Shown: piece after piece, positions 10,701 to 18,888 of the stretch
How the letters are laid out: each line of letters begins with the position of its first letter
Position numbering within the stretch: position 1 is the stretch's first letter
NCBI GenBank assembly: GCA_963770935.1
Contig: CAVYRJ010000017.1
Location: 1 to 64,000 of the forward strand
Source: Candidatus Bathyarchaeota archaeon
GTDB lineage: Archaea; Thermoproteota; Bathyarchaeia; Bathyarchaeales; Bathycorpusculaceae
DNA: 64,000 nucleotides
Reading direction: 5' to 3'
The notes under the pieces: model-generated
The model's database searches: none
Told to the model about the DNA's origin: nothing
What the model saw: the letters and a program-made list of their open reading frames with translations, nothing else
Program-made: the position numbers and the translations under genes

Positions 10701-11530
10701 ACATGGTATTGTAAAAGTTCAGATAGGTCTTGGATAATGAGGGTTGGTGCGCCTGCTTCCATGTTTTCTTTCAAACGCTGATTAATGCGGATGATGTCTA
10801 CGAGCTTGTGAGTTAAATCGTCTTCTGAGCGTATACCTGATTCAAGCGTGATTGATGGACGCACATAAACTGGGGGAACAGGGAGAACTTGAAGAACCAT
10901 CCATTCTGGACGCGCAACTTTCGGGTTAAAGCCCAAAATTTCCAAGTCTTCGTCGGAGACGCGTTCAAGCCTTTCGCGGATCATGCTGGGTGTTAGGGGT
11001 TCTGAGCCTGCTTCAGTTTGCTCGATGAACTTTGTTGGTTTCTCGAAGGTGATTTTGAATTGTGCAGCTGCACAGTAAGGACATTGTTTTGCTTTAATAT
11101 CAGTCAGTATTTCTTTGTAAATTTCATCTGGGATAGTTCCTAAAAGTTCGTTGAAACGTTCAAGTCTTTGGCGTGCTTTTTTGGAAGCGTCTTCTGATAG
11201 GAGAATGCGACCGCATGTGCGGCAAGTTGCTTTTAGAAGGTCAAAAATAATTTTTGTAAATTCGATGTGCACGATTGGTACGGCAAGTTCGATGTGTCCG
11301 AAGTGTCCTGGGCAGCGGATGGCTGTGTTACCGCAGGTTTTGCATCTTTGTCTTGGTTCGAGGGTGCCTAGTCTGCCATCCATTAACCCTGCTGTGATTG
11401 GTGCGCCGTCTTCGTCGTAAGTGTCTGGAGTTTGGATTTCTACGACTGATTGTTTACGGAGGTCTTTAGGTGAGATTAGTCCAAATGAGATTTCGTCTAC
11501 TATTTTATGTATTAATTCTTCCTGTGACAT
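7697..11530 (-). CDS. rpoA: RNA polymerase largest subunit, A' and A'' fused (Rpo1)
   Basis: CPGHFGHIEL, GKRVDFSARTVI, NADFDGD catalytic motif, AAQSIGEPGTQMTL and LARAAFE in one 1277-aa frame. Confidence 0.98.
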   Translation of the reverse strand: MSQEELIHKIVDEISFGLISPKDLRKQSVVEIQTPDTYDEDGAPITAGLMDGRLGTLEPRQRCKTCGNTAIRCPGHFGHIELAVPIVHIEFTKIIFDLLKATCRTCGRILLSEDASKKARQRLERFNELLGTIPDEIYKEILTDIKAKQCPYCAAAQFKITFEKPTKFIEQTEAGSEPLTPSMIRERLERVSDEDLEILGFNPKVARPEWMVLQVLPVPPVYVRPSITLESGIRSEDDLTHKLVDIIRINQRLKENMEAGAPTLIIQDLSELLQYHVTTYFNNEASGIPPARHRSGRALKTLSQRLKGKEGRFRSNLSGKRVDFSARTVISPDPNLDINEVGVPQDVAMRLSVPEKVTAWNIEEMKKFVVNGPENYPGALYIIRPDGKRIRLEFVVDRTKIAEAVELGFIVERHLKNGDIAIFNRQPSLHRMSIMAHYVRVLPYKTFRLHLCVCPPYNADFDGDEMNLHVPQSEEARTESLLLMQVQDQILSPRFGGPIIGAIRDFVTSAYYFTRRGNYLTRSQVNRLLTTTNYTGPLPEPEIKTPEPLWSGKQIFSLYLPKTLNYVLKANICQGCTKCEEDACKHDAYVVVRNGQLVSGIIDRRSIGSEQSESLLHRIIKDYGTQAGREFLNKITHLLKQFISMRGFSYTYDQLVLSPRARNRMAKTMDRIQKKIDEHIENFRNGTLPRLPGQTLEESFEIYVMHELAVARDESGKIADEDFTLENAGIVMTRAGARGSSLNIGQMAACVGQQSVRGKRILRGYAGRALPHFVDGDPSPRARGFVYNSYQTGLDAIEFFFHAMGGREGLVDTAVRTQQSGYMQRRLINALEHIRLEYDSTVRDSAGDIIQFRYGEDGVDPAKSDHGKAVNVNRLIEQIKLGEEKGEVASTEHIKKQLKNVENQITPILLNQLKTNFAKNKLTAKAVTKAATQTAEQYNRALMEPGEAVGIVAAQSIGEPGTQMTLRTFHYAGVKEQNVTLGLPRLIEIVDARRIPSTPIMTIYLQGDHAKSKEGAVEVARNIIYTSVENLASAIYEDPVREAIIIELNKQMMDDRAITMEELKERMELQNATITVTDTTVEIKPKKAEQLKRMLAKVPGYQVKGVPDIKRVLVTEESGEWVIRTDGSNLSKVLEVIGVDTSRTTTNNIHEIAKTLGVEASRNALVNEAKGVLEDQGLDVDVRHVMLVADMMTTTGDVQQIGRHGISGKKASVLARAAFEITVPNIVEAAVKGESDPLAGVTENVIVGQSIPIGTGLVELYMSTFEIQEKDGGKTEA

Positions 11531-11531
11531 G

Positions 11532-14500
11532 TTAGGCCTTCTCCTTTAGTCTTAATTTTGGTGTGATGCATAAGCTCTGAAGCTCTTGCAGTAGAAGCTT
11601 GAAAGCGTAAGACACAATTACTGGTGCAATCTTGGCTTTCTCGTCGCATATCTTGCAGACATAGCGCCTTTGCTTCATGTCGAAGTAAGCGATTTGTCCG
11701 CAGCTCTCGCAGATGTATAGTGTGTACTTGTCAGATTCTTCCAGCAGCCTATCTCTCAACAGCATGGCAGCTCCGTGACCGATGAGGCAGTCTCGCTCCA
11801 TTTCTCCGAAACGTAGACCACCACCCCGAGCGCGACCTTCAGTTGGCTGGCGTGTGAGCATTTGCACTTGACCGCGGGCTCTGGCGTGGATTTTATCAGC
11901 GACCATATGGTGTAGTTTCTGGTAGTAGACTATGCCGACAAATATGTCTGCAACAAATTTTTCGCCTGTTGTGCCATTGTAAAATACTTCGCTTCCAGTT
12001 TGGCTGAAGCCGAGTTTTACTAGGTTTTTACGTACTTCATCTGGTCCTTCATTTGAGAAGGGTGTGCCGTCGCCTGGTTTGCCTCTTGCGCATGCGGCTT
12101 TGCCTGAGAGTGATTCGATGAATTGTCCGATGGTCATTCTTGAAGGTATTGCGTGGGGGTTAATTATTAGGTCTGGAACCATGCCGTCGTCTGTGAATGG
12201 CAGGTCTTCTTGTGCTACGATTAAGCCTATGACTCCTTTCTGTCCATGGCGGCTTGCGAATTTGTCGCCTAGTTCAGGTACTCTTTGGTCTCTTACGCGT
12301 ACTTTGACGAGTTGGCTTCCTTCGCCTGATTCAGTAACAAAGATTCCATCGACAATTCCGGTTTCGGAGGGACGCATGTCTACGGATGTGTCACGCATTG
12401 AGGGTCCTTTAACTTCGAATTCCTTGTATTCTTCTAGGAATCTTGGAGGGCTGATTCTTCCGATTAAGACGTCTCCGCCGACGACCTGCGATTCTAAGCT
12501 GATGATTCCGTCGGGTTCAAGGAGCCTGTAGTACTGTTCGCCCCGGTAACCTCTTGTGCCTGGTTCTGGAACGGTGAATTTGTCTTTTAAGCCACCTAGG
12601 TATTGGCGGCACTCGGCTTCGTAGATGCGGTAGAAGGTTGATCGGGCTAAGCCGCGTTCGATTGAGGCTTTGTTGAATATGATGGCGTCTTCCATGTTGT
12701 AGCCTTCGAAACTTAGCACGGCAACAACGCAGTTTTGTCCTGTGGGGCGTTGTTTGTAGCCCATAACATCCATGTTTTCAGTTTGAACCATAGGTACTTG
12801 TGGATAATGCAGTATATGTGAGCGTGAGTCAACACGGTGGTGGAAGTTTGTGCCGTAGACTCCAAGTGCCTGTTTTGCCATGGCTGCTTGGTAGGAGTTT
12901 CTTGGTGACTGGTTGTGTTCTGGATAAGGAATTGTTGAAGCGCAGATTCCAAGGATGGTGAATGTTGCAATTTCCACATGTGTAGCTTTAGGTTCAATTG
13001 CGTCAAATGAGAGTGCGATATATGCGTTTTCTTCTTCTTCAGCATCCAAATACTCAACTAAACCGTTCTTGACAAGATCTTCCCATGTCCATTCGCCAAG
13101 TCCGATTTTTTCAAAATGCTTTGAGCCAAGTTTTGCAACGCCGTTTTCAACGATGATAAGTGGGCGCCTAACTCTTCCTTCGTCGCAGTTTGCGTGGACT
13201 TCTTCGGTTTCAGTTTGTGCTTTAGAGAAGTAAGTTACATTAACTTCTGTGGAGATTTCGCCATCTCGCCTTTTTTGGCGGAATGATTGTACCATTTCTT
13301 GCGGGTTGTTGCAGTAACCAATTATGTTGCCATCGACGAAAACTTTAGCGCCAGATATGCGTAAGTCGGTAGTAGCTTCATACGCTGGTACCGTGCCCAT
13401 TTCAAAGAGCAGTTGTTTAATTTTATCTGGATTTACACCTACTGCAATGGAGGCTGATAGTGCGAGGTTTTTGACGAGCCCGCAGTTTGAGCCTTCAGGG
13501 GTTTCGTTGGGGCATAATCTTCCCCAGTGGGTTGGGTGTAAGTCTCTGGCTTCGAAGTTGGGTTGGCTTCTGCTTAGTGGTGACTGGAGTCTGCGCAAAT
13601 GGCTCAGGGTTGAGATATAGTTTGTTCGGTCAAGGAGCTGGGTTATGCCGACTCTTCCTCTGCCCCAATTGCCTGTTGCCAATGCATGTTGGAAGCGTTC
13701 GGTGATGATTCCTGGGCGGACGGCCGCTGAGACGGTTATTATTGGACCTTTAACGCCGATGCGTTCAAGTTGGTACTTAATGTCACGTGTTAAGTTGCGG
13801 AATGAGACTCGGAAAAGGTCTGCGAGCAGTGGACCACCTAAACGTAGACGTTTGTTTTTGAAGTGGTCTTTGTCGTCTGGCTGCCTTCTTCCTGTTTTTA
13901 GCTGGATAACGCGGTATGCCATTTCGCCTAGGAATATAGCTTTTTCTTTCCGGTTTTTGTCGCTTCTGCCCAAGTGCGGGAGGAAGTTTTTGTCTAGGGC
14001 GGTTTCTGCTTTTTGAAGTCGGTATTCTTCGACTTGTCCGTGAGCAACGCGGTTGCCGATAAATAGGATAGCGTCGCTTGGTGTGTCTACGCCGATGGCT
14101 TTTTCAAATGATGCTGATAGATGGCTTTGGGTGTCGCTGTCAAGGGATACTGATTCGGCAATGTCTTTGTCTTTTTCCATAGTTAATGCGCGCATAATGA
14201 CGACGAAGGGGATTTCTGTGGGGACTCCTGGCATTGTGACGTAAATTGCGTCATCTGATTTGAGTTTAAGTTCGATTCTGGCTCTGAAGCCAACTGTAGT
14301 GGAGAATATTTTTGCCTGATAAACTGGCGATGTGCCTTTTTCGTCTATATCAACGATTACGCGGTTTGGAGCCAAGTCTTCCATAGCAACGATAACACGT
14401 TCGCTGCCGTTAACAACAAAATATCCACCTGGATCATCAGGGTCTTCTCCTGCCGCAATAAGCTCTTCTTTGGAAAGCTGGCTGAGGAAGCATAGTTTGC

Positions 14501-14897
14501 TCTTCAGCATAACAGGGATATTTCCTATGTAAACAAGTTCAGTGTCCTGTTCTCTTCCGTCAACAACGGGAGTCATTTCAAGTGCAATGGGCGCTGAATA
14601 CGCCAAGTTGCGTAGTCTGGCTTCCATTGGATAAATTTCATGTTTTGTTCCATCCACTTCTGTAGCGTATGGACCTGTGATTCTGGATTGAGGGTCAATT
14701 ACCCAGATTTGGCCGAGTTTAACTTTGTATGGGCTCTCGGGAACTTCAATGGGTATTTCGGCTACTTCATCCACGACTTCTTGGAGTCCATGGTCGATGA
14801 ATTCGTTATAGCTGTCAAGGTGCTGGCGAACTAGGCCTTTTTCATTGAAGAAAGTTTTCAGTAGATAATGGATATCTTCTTTTTGTACAATGGTCAA
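11532..14897 (-). CDS. rpoB: RNA polymerase subunit B, unsplit (Rpo2)
   Basis: GGYFVVNGSER, ETPEGSNCGLVKNL, GDKFASRHGQKG, GGLRFGEMERDC, C-terminal Zn finger. Confidence 0.98.
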   Translation of the reverse strand: MTIVQKEDIHYLLKTFFNEKGLVRQHLDSYNEFIDHGLQEVVDEVAEIPIEVPESPYKVKLGQIWVIDPQSRITGPYATEVDGTKHEIYPMEARLRNLAYSAPIALEMTPVVDGREQDTELVYIGNIPVMLKSKLCFLSQLSKEELIAAGEDPDDPGGYFVVNGSERVIVAMEDLAPNRVIVDIDEKGTSPVYQAKIFSTTVGFRARIELKLKSDDAIYVTMPGVPTEIPFVVIMRALTMEKDKDIAESVSLDSDTQSHLSASFEKAIGVDTPSDAILFIGNRVAHGQVEEYRLQKAETALDKNFLPHLGRSDKNRKEKAIFLGEMAYRVIQLKTGRRQPDDKDHFKNKRLRLGGPLLADLFRVSFRNLTRDIKYQLERIGVKGPIITVSAAVRPGIITERFQHALATGNWGRGRVGITQLLDRTNYISTLSHLRRLQSPLSRSQPNFEARDLHPTHWGRLCPNETPEGSNCGLVKNLALSASIAVGVNPDKIKQLLFEMGTVPAYEATTDLRISGAKVFVDGNIIGYCNNPQEMVQSFRQKRRDGEISTEVNVTYFSKAQTETEEVHANCDEGRVRRPLIIVENGVAKLGSKHFEKIGLGEWTWEDLVKNGLVEYLDAEEEENAYIALSFDAIEPKATHVEIATFTILGICASTIPYPEHNQSPRNSYQAAMAKQALGVYGTNFHHRVDSRSHILHYPQVPMVQTENMDVMGYKQRPTGQNCVVAVLSFEGYNMEDAIIFNKASIERGLARSTFYRIYEAECRQYLGGLKDKFTVPEPGTRGYRGEQYYRLLEPDGIISLESQVVGGDVLIGRISPPRFLEEYKEFEVKGPSMRDTSVDMRPSETGIVDGIFVTESGEGSQLVKVRVRDQRVPELGDKFASRHGQKGVIGLIVAQEDLPFTDDGMVPDLIINPHAIPSRMTIGQFIESLSGKAACARGKPGDGTPFSNEGPDEVRKNLVKLGFSQTGSEVFYNGTTGEKFVADIFVGIVYYQKLHHMVADKIHARARGQVQMLTRQPTEGRARGGGLRFGEMERDCLIGHGAAMLLRDRLLEESDKYTLYICESCGQIAYFDMKQRRYVCKICDEKAKIAPVIVSYAFKLLLQELQSLCITPKLRLKEKA

Positions 14898-15066
14898 GTT
14901 TTCAGTTCTCCCTTAAATTTAACATAGAATACTGGTGATTGTGATTTTTGGTCAGGGCTAAATGTGTTTTTTTCACTCTTACATTTCCTCCGATATTGGG
15001 GTTGGTCCAATTCGAAAAAGGGTCAGCTAACTTTTCTAAGAGCACAAACACAAGCCGCATACCTAG

Positions 15067-15081
15067 CATATAAACTTTTTT
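15067..15081 (-). promoter_or_regulatory. BRE/TATA promoter of the rpoB operon
   Basis: Minus strand AAAAAAG-TTTATATG, ~170 bp upstream of rpoB start. Confidence 0.5.
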
Positions 15082-15386
15082 ATGCGCATCGCGTTTAAAG
15101 TAAAGGGCTGTTAAACTTTCATAGAGCATGCAGTTGAAAAAAACTGTTTGGCACTGCGTTGCATGAAGCAATACTAGAAAAGACAATGAGAAACGCCTGC
15201 AATGTGGAAACAGGAAAAATTAAAGGTTAATCAATCATAAAACACTTAAGAAAAATCTTTTTTTAGAGAACAAACCCTACTGAGTTAGAGTTTTTCGTCA
15301 ATCCTACTAAATATTAATACTAATGCCTTAGAAAATGCCAAGTAGGATAACTCCCTATGAATTCTTAGTAGTAAAAAGAGGAATTA

Positions 15387-15701
15387 CTAATATCTGGCGA
15401 TTTTGTAGTGTTTTCTCCCCAACTGGCGCATCTTCTTTTCCTGTGCTTCAGTCAAAGGAGAGTTTCCAGTCTTAACCTCAAAGGTTGTTGGTTCTCCAAC
15501 CTTGTTCCCAAAAAAATCACGTTTTTGGACAACAAAATCTCCGCCTTCACGGATTTTTTTGCAATCATGCCCTTGCATAGTTTGGTCAAACGCAAAACGG
15601 TCCTTAGCAATGCTGCCCTCTAAATGCCTGCTTGATTGGGTAAACCTTCGGGAAGTGTTGCCAAATCCCATAGGTTTGTTGGTTATTGTTTTCTTGCTCA
15701 A
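15387..15701 (-). CDS. Small PD-(D/E)xK nuclease-like protein (Hjc/restriction-endonuclease-like)
   Basis: 104 aa; GDFVV...FEVKTG...LTEAQ fits the D...E-x-K nuclease pattern; directly downstream of a DNA methyltransferase. Confidence 0.6.
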   Translation of the reverse strand: MSKKTITNKPMGFGNTSRRFTQSSRHLEGSIAKDRFAFDQTMQGHDCKKIREGGDFVVQKRDFFGNKVGEPTTFEVKTGNSPLTEAQEKKMRQLGRKHYKIARY

Positions 15702-15740
15702 TATTGGAACCTTTGTCTTCAGTTACTGAAAGGTTCTATT

Positions 15741-16616
15741 TTAGCGTTTGATTATTTCCACATCTGCATGGGAACCGATTTTTTTGGTTATTAAGGGCAA
15801 AAGGTTATTATCGTTTTCATATCCAATGCTGTTACGCTCATTTTCAATGGCAACTTTAACTGTTGTTCCAGAACCCAAAAAAGGGTCTAGAACGGTTTCG
15901 TCCTTAATGCTGAACATTCTGATTAATCGCGCCGCAATTTCCTCAGGGTAGGCTGCAGTCCTGCGTTCAAGTTCGCTCACTGTTTGCCGGGTACCTTTAA
16001 GGTCCCAGATTTGACTAAACCACTCGTCACGCTGCTTTTTGGTAAAGGCACTCTCATAACGTAGAGCATCTTTTGGCTGGAATTTACGAAGACACCCCTT
16101 CCTAAACAACAAAATAAACTCGCAATCAAGGGTGACATAGGCATTTGGAGGAAGAAAACCTGATCCCAAAAAGGCACCTTTTCCCTTGTACATTGGTTTG
16201 GTTGTAGGTTTTTTCCACAAAATGTATGGGAGCGTCGTGAAGCCGATTTTTTCACAGATCTCGGTGATTCGGCTGTGGTTTGGGAATAGTTGGAATTTGC
16301 CATTGATTCTTCGGGTTGCGTCACCGATGTTTATACATGCTATGCCACCGCCAACGAGGACACGGTAGGTTTCAGCCCAAACTTGTGCCAAGTTTTTATG
16401 CATGGTATCGTAAATTTGCCGAACGGTTTCGTCACCACCGCTTGTGTATAACTTTTGGAACAATTCTGCAATCGTATTATCAGCCTTGGCAAAAAGATCA
16501 TCCCACATTTGTATCATGGGGTAAGGCGGCGAAGTCACCATTAACTGAACACTTTCGTCGGCGAGTTCGGACATTTGTTGGCTGTTGCCTAGAATGATTC
16601 TGTGTTGAGATTTCAT
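15741..16616 (-). CDS. Site-specific DNA methyltransferase, beta class (N4-C/N6-A)
   Basis: Motif IV TSPPY precedes motif I VLDPFLGSGTT; SPPY is more typical of N4-cytosine enzymes. Confidence 0.92.
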   Translation of the reverse strand: MKSQHRIILGNSQQMSELADESVQLMVTSPPYPMIQMWDDLFAKADNTIAELFQKLYTSGGDETVRQIYDTMHKNLAQVWAETYRVLVGGGIACINIGDATRRINGKFQLFPNHSRITEICEKIGFTTLPYILWKKPTTKPMYKGKGAFLGSGFLPPNAYVTLDCEFILLFRKGCLRKFQPKDALRYESAFTKKQRDEWFSQIWDLKGTRQTVSELERRTAAYPEEIAARLIRMFSIKDETVLDPFLGSGTTVKVAIENERNSIGYENDNNLLPLITKKIGSHADVEIIKR

Positions 16617-16720
16617 TGCCTGTATGTAGCATAGTTGGTCGTTTTTACTTTGCGGTAGATGGTAGACGGGAAATGATTAATAAGTCCGAACCCAGACCAA
16701 TTTTGTATTGCAACGTGCAT

Positions 16721-16843
16721 GCTACGGTAACCAAGCTAGGTCAAAGGTGAAGGACTCAAGATCTCGACGCTTTGACTTAAGCGCCCAAATGGGAAATCCT
16801 TTCCCTCAGGGGTTCGCAGGTTCAAATCCTGCCCGTAGCACCA
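16721..16843 (+). tRNA. tRNA-Leu(CAA) with a 35-nt intron at 37/38 (16761..16795); CCA encoded
   Basis: Acceptor GCTACGG/CCGTAGC, anticodon arm AAGGA-CTCAAG/A-TCCTT, long variable arm, T-loop GGTTCAAATCC. Confidence 0.93.
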
Positions 16844-17177
16844 TTCCAGATAAGCATCTTTACGTCTCCGCGGCTTTGCGAAGTATATCCTTAAGTTGCA
16901 CCGTGAGAACCGATAACTGATGATTCTCAATATCTCCAACTGCTGATATATTGCCCATACAAAGAGCTTCTCTGGAAAGCAGCTGCTCAGGGTTTTCCCC
17001 GCAGGATATATTAACAGTCTTTGAAACCTCAGCTCCTGCAATCCTTTATGTTCCTATGATGAGCAAAAGAGACCAATGGTAAGTGTCTTGGCTAAATATA
17101 AGATCGAAAATTTGTTGTTGTGGAAAAGCAATCACATATTCTTAAGAAAGAGATTCAACTAACATTTTTGATTTAAC

Positions 17178-17408
17178 ATGACAGAATCAGACCTACCCTA
17201 CATTAAACAGCCAACGGAAATTCCTCCAGAAACAAACGAGCTTACTCCACCTTCTCCAGATGTAAAAAACCCGTTGCCTAATCATGAACCCATTGAAAAG
17301 GAGGATACCGAGGCTTTCATTTGTCCTGTTTGTGGAAAATCTTTCAACACAAAAGCTGACCTTGATTCACATATGGTAAAGAACCATAGGCAAAAAAAGA
17401 AAGCCTAA
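17178..17408 (+). CDS. C2H2 zinc-finger microprotein
   Basis: FICPVCGKSFNTKADLDSHMVKNH after a Pro/Glu-rich N-terminus. Confidence 0.8.
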   Translation: MTESDLPYIKQPTEIPPETNELTPPSPDVKNPLPNHEPIEKEDTEAFICPVCGKSFNTKADLDSHMVKNHRQKKKA

Positions 17409-17464
17409 GAACCAACGTAATTTGCTCCAAGATAACGCGAGATCGTATAAAGGTATAAAGATCA

Positions 17465-17617
17465 TTGGGTTCCTCTTTAGTTGCATGGGAAAAAGTTGAA
17501 GGTCAGCAAAGATGCAAAAACTGTGGACATTTACTATTCTTAGAAGAGGAAAAATTAAAGCATAAGCAATCTAACCATAGCATGTATTGCCCATGCAGAA
17601 AACCACAAAGTCCTTGA
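17465..17617 (+). CDS. Cys/His-rich microprotein (50 aa; not in ORF track)
   Basis: TTG start; VAWEKVEGQQRCKNCGHLL...H....H...CPCRKP; TATAAAG elements just upstream. Confidence 0.5.
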   Translation: MGSSLVAWEKVEGQQRCKNCGHLLFLEEEKLKHKQSNHSMYCPCRKPQSP

Positions 17618-17970
17618 GTCTTTGCAGGATATAACCCGACTTAAATGAAACGCTCTATCTCTATCAGTAAGGGATTCACTTTCAGCCCTGCAAACATTTC
17701 TTATTCACTTCCCTACTTTGCTTTGCAGTTAGACATGTTTTCTTTGGAAAAAAAATCGTTCAATCTTTTTAATTCCTTCTGAAGTGAAAGTTTGTATTTT
17801 TTTTTTCAACAACAGAAAAAAACCATCCAAATATAAGGCTGCTTACTCAACGTAAAATATAGCATTTTTTATGATTAAAAAACTCAACTGGGTTCCAAGC
17901 CCTAAACTGTTTGGACACACTAAAGAGCTATTAGAATTGTTGGGTTTTCAGAAATTTAGGAAGAGGAAAA

Positions 17971-18189
17971 ATGAAGAGGGAAAATGCCGTTGCTCTTGTT
18001 AAAGAGTTGGTTTATAATAATTTGATTCAGACAAACTGGCTATCAATTGATAGAAGGAAAGTTGACGGTTATGAGTTAAGATTTAAAGGAAATTGCGAAC
18101 TACCTGACCTATATATATTTCTTCAAAAACGATATTTAGCGATGGAAAAGAACAAAGAAAAGGGTTTTGTCATTATTTTTAAACCTTGA
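17971..18189 (+). CDS. Small hypothetical protein, paralogue of 6246..6494
   Basis: 72 aa, GAGG upstream, shared sequence pattern. Confidence 0.65.
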   Translation: MKRENAVALVKELVYNNLIQTNWLSIDRRKVDGYELRFKGNCELPDLYIFLQKRYLAMEKNKEKGFVIIFKP

Positions 18190-18316
18190 CTTCTTTTTGT
18201 AACCGCACAGGGGGCATTTCAAAAACCATCTCATTTTGATAAGACATTAATTTTTGGGGACAGCAAATTTCTTATATTAATTACCCTTATTCCAAGCAAT
18301 TCAAGGTGTCTAGTAT

Positions 18317-18511
18317 TTGGTCGCCTGCCCAAAATGTGGAAATGTTGTTGCTAAACCAGAAAGAGAGCTAGAGAACTCCCTGTTTTATCTAGCTTGTTAT
18401 ATATGTGATAAATGCGGCAAACATTTCCTCGTTGATCACAAGCAATCCAGCGAGTTACATTGGGGTACAAACAAAGCAAAATTACGATTAGTCGCTAGAA
18501 AACTGAAATAA
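18317..18511 (+). CDS. Zinc-ribbon microprotein
   Basis: CPKCG ... CDKCG pairs; TATA-like CTTATATT upstream. Confidence 0.65.
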   Translation: MVACPKCGNVVAKPERELENSLFYLACYICDKCGKHFLVDHKQSSELHWGTNKAKLRLVARKLK

Positions 18512-18562
18512 AGTAAGAATTAATGAGAAAAATAGGACCTACAAAGCTGTAGTTTTTCATCT

Positions 18563-18734
18563 CTACTCAAATTTTCCGCCGCACATTGGGCACTCTATCT
18601 TTATTGTGTTTGATGGTGTTGGAAGTTGGAGTGAGCAGTAGAAGCAGAAGTAGATTTTGCATTTTGGGGCAGCAGTGGAATCCGCCGCCTATGTATTTTC
18701 CGCAGGCATCACAGGGTCTAGACAAATCAACCAT
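18563..18734 (-). CDS. Cys-rich C4C4 (RING-like) microprotein, one +1 frameshift near 18663
   Basis: Repaired translation MVDLSRPCDACGKYIGGGFHCCPKCKIYFCFYCSLQLPTPSNTIKIECPMCGGKFE; four CxxC pairs. Confidence 0.55.
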
Positions 18735-18888
18735 AAGAACACTGGTTAATTCTTAAAAGACTATAAAAAGCAAGACGCTGAAACGACTTGCACTCGTAAT
18801 GGAGGGATAGTTAAAAGTGGAGACATTTAACTTTTTGATGGGAACAAGAGTTTTTAATAAAAAAAAGAGAAATGAGTTTATTTGGCTT

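Noticed and set aside
7697-11530. Fused RpoA'/A'' as a novelty
   Set aside because: Unsplit Rpo1 is already known in several TACK lineages; useful only as a taxonomic marker
14902-15186. 94-aa ORF as rpoH
   Set aside because: No Rpo5 motifs; overlaps the predicted promoter and leader, so probably spurious
16708-17041. ORFs overlapping tRNA-Leu as a split SSV-type integrase
   Set aside because: No R..HxxR..Y catalytic pattern; the translations look like tRNA shadow ORFs
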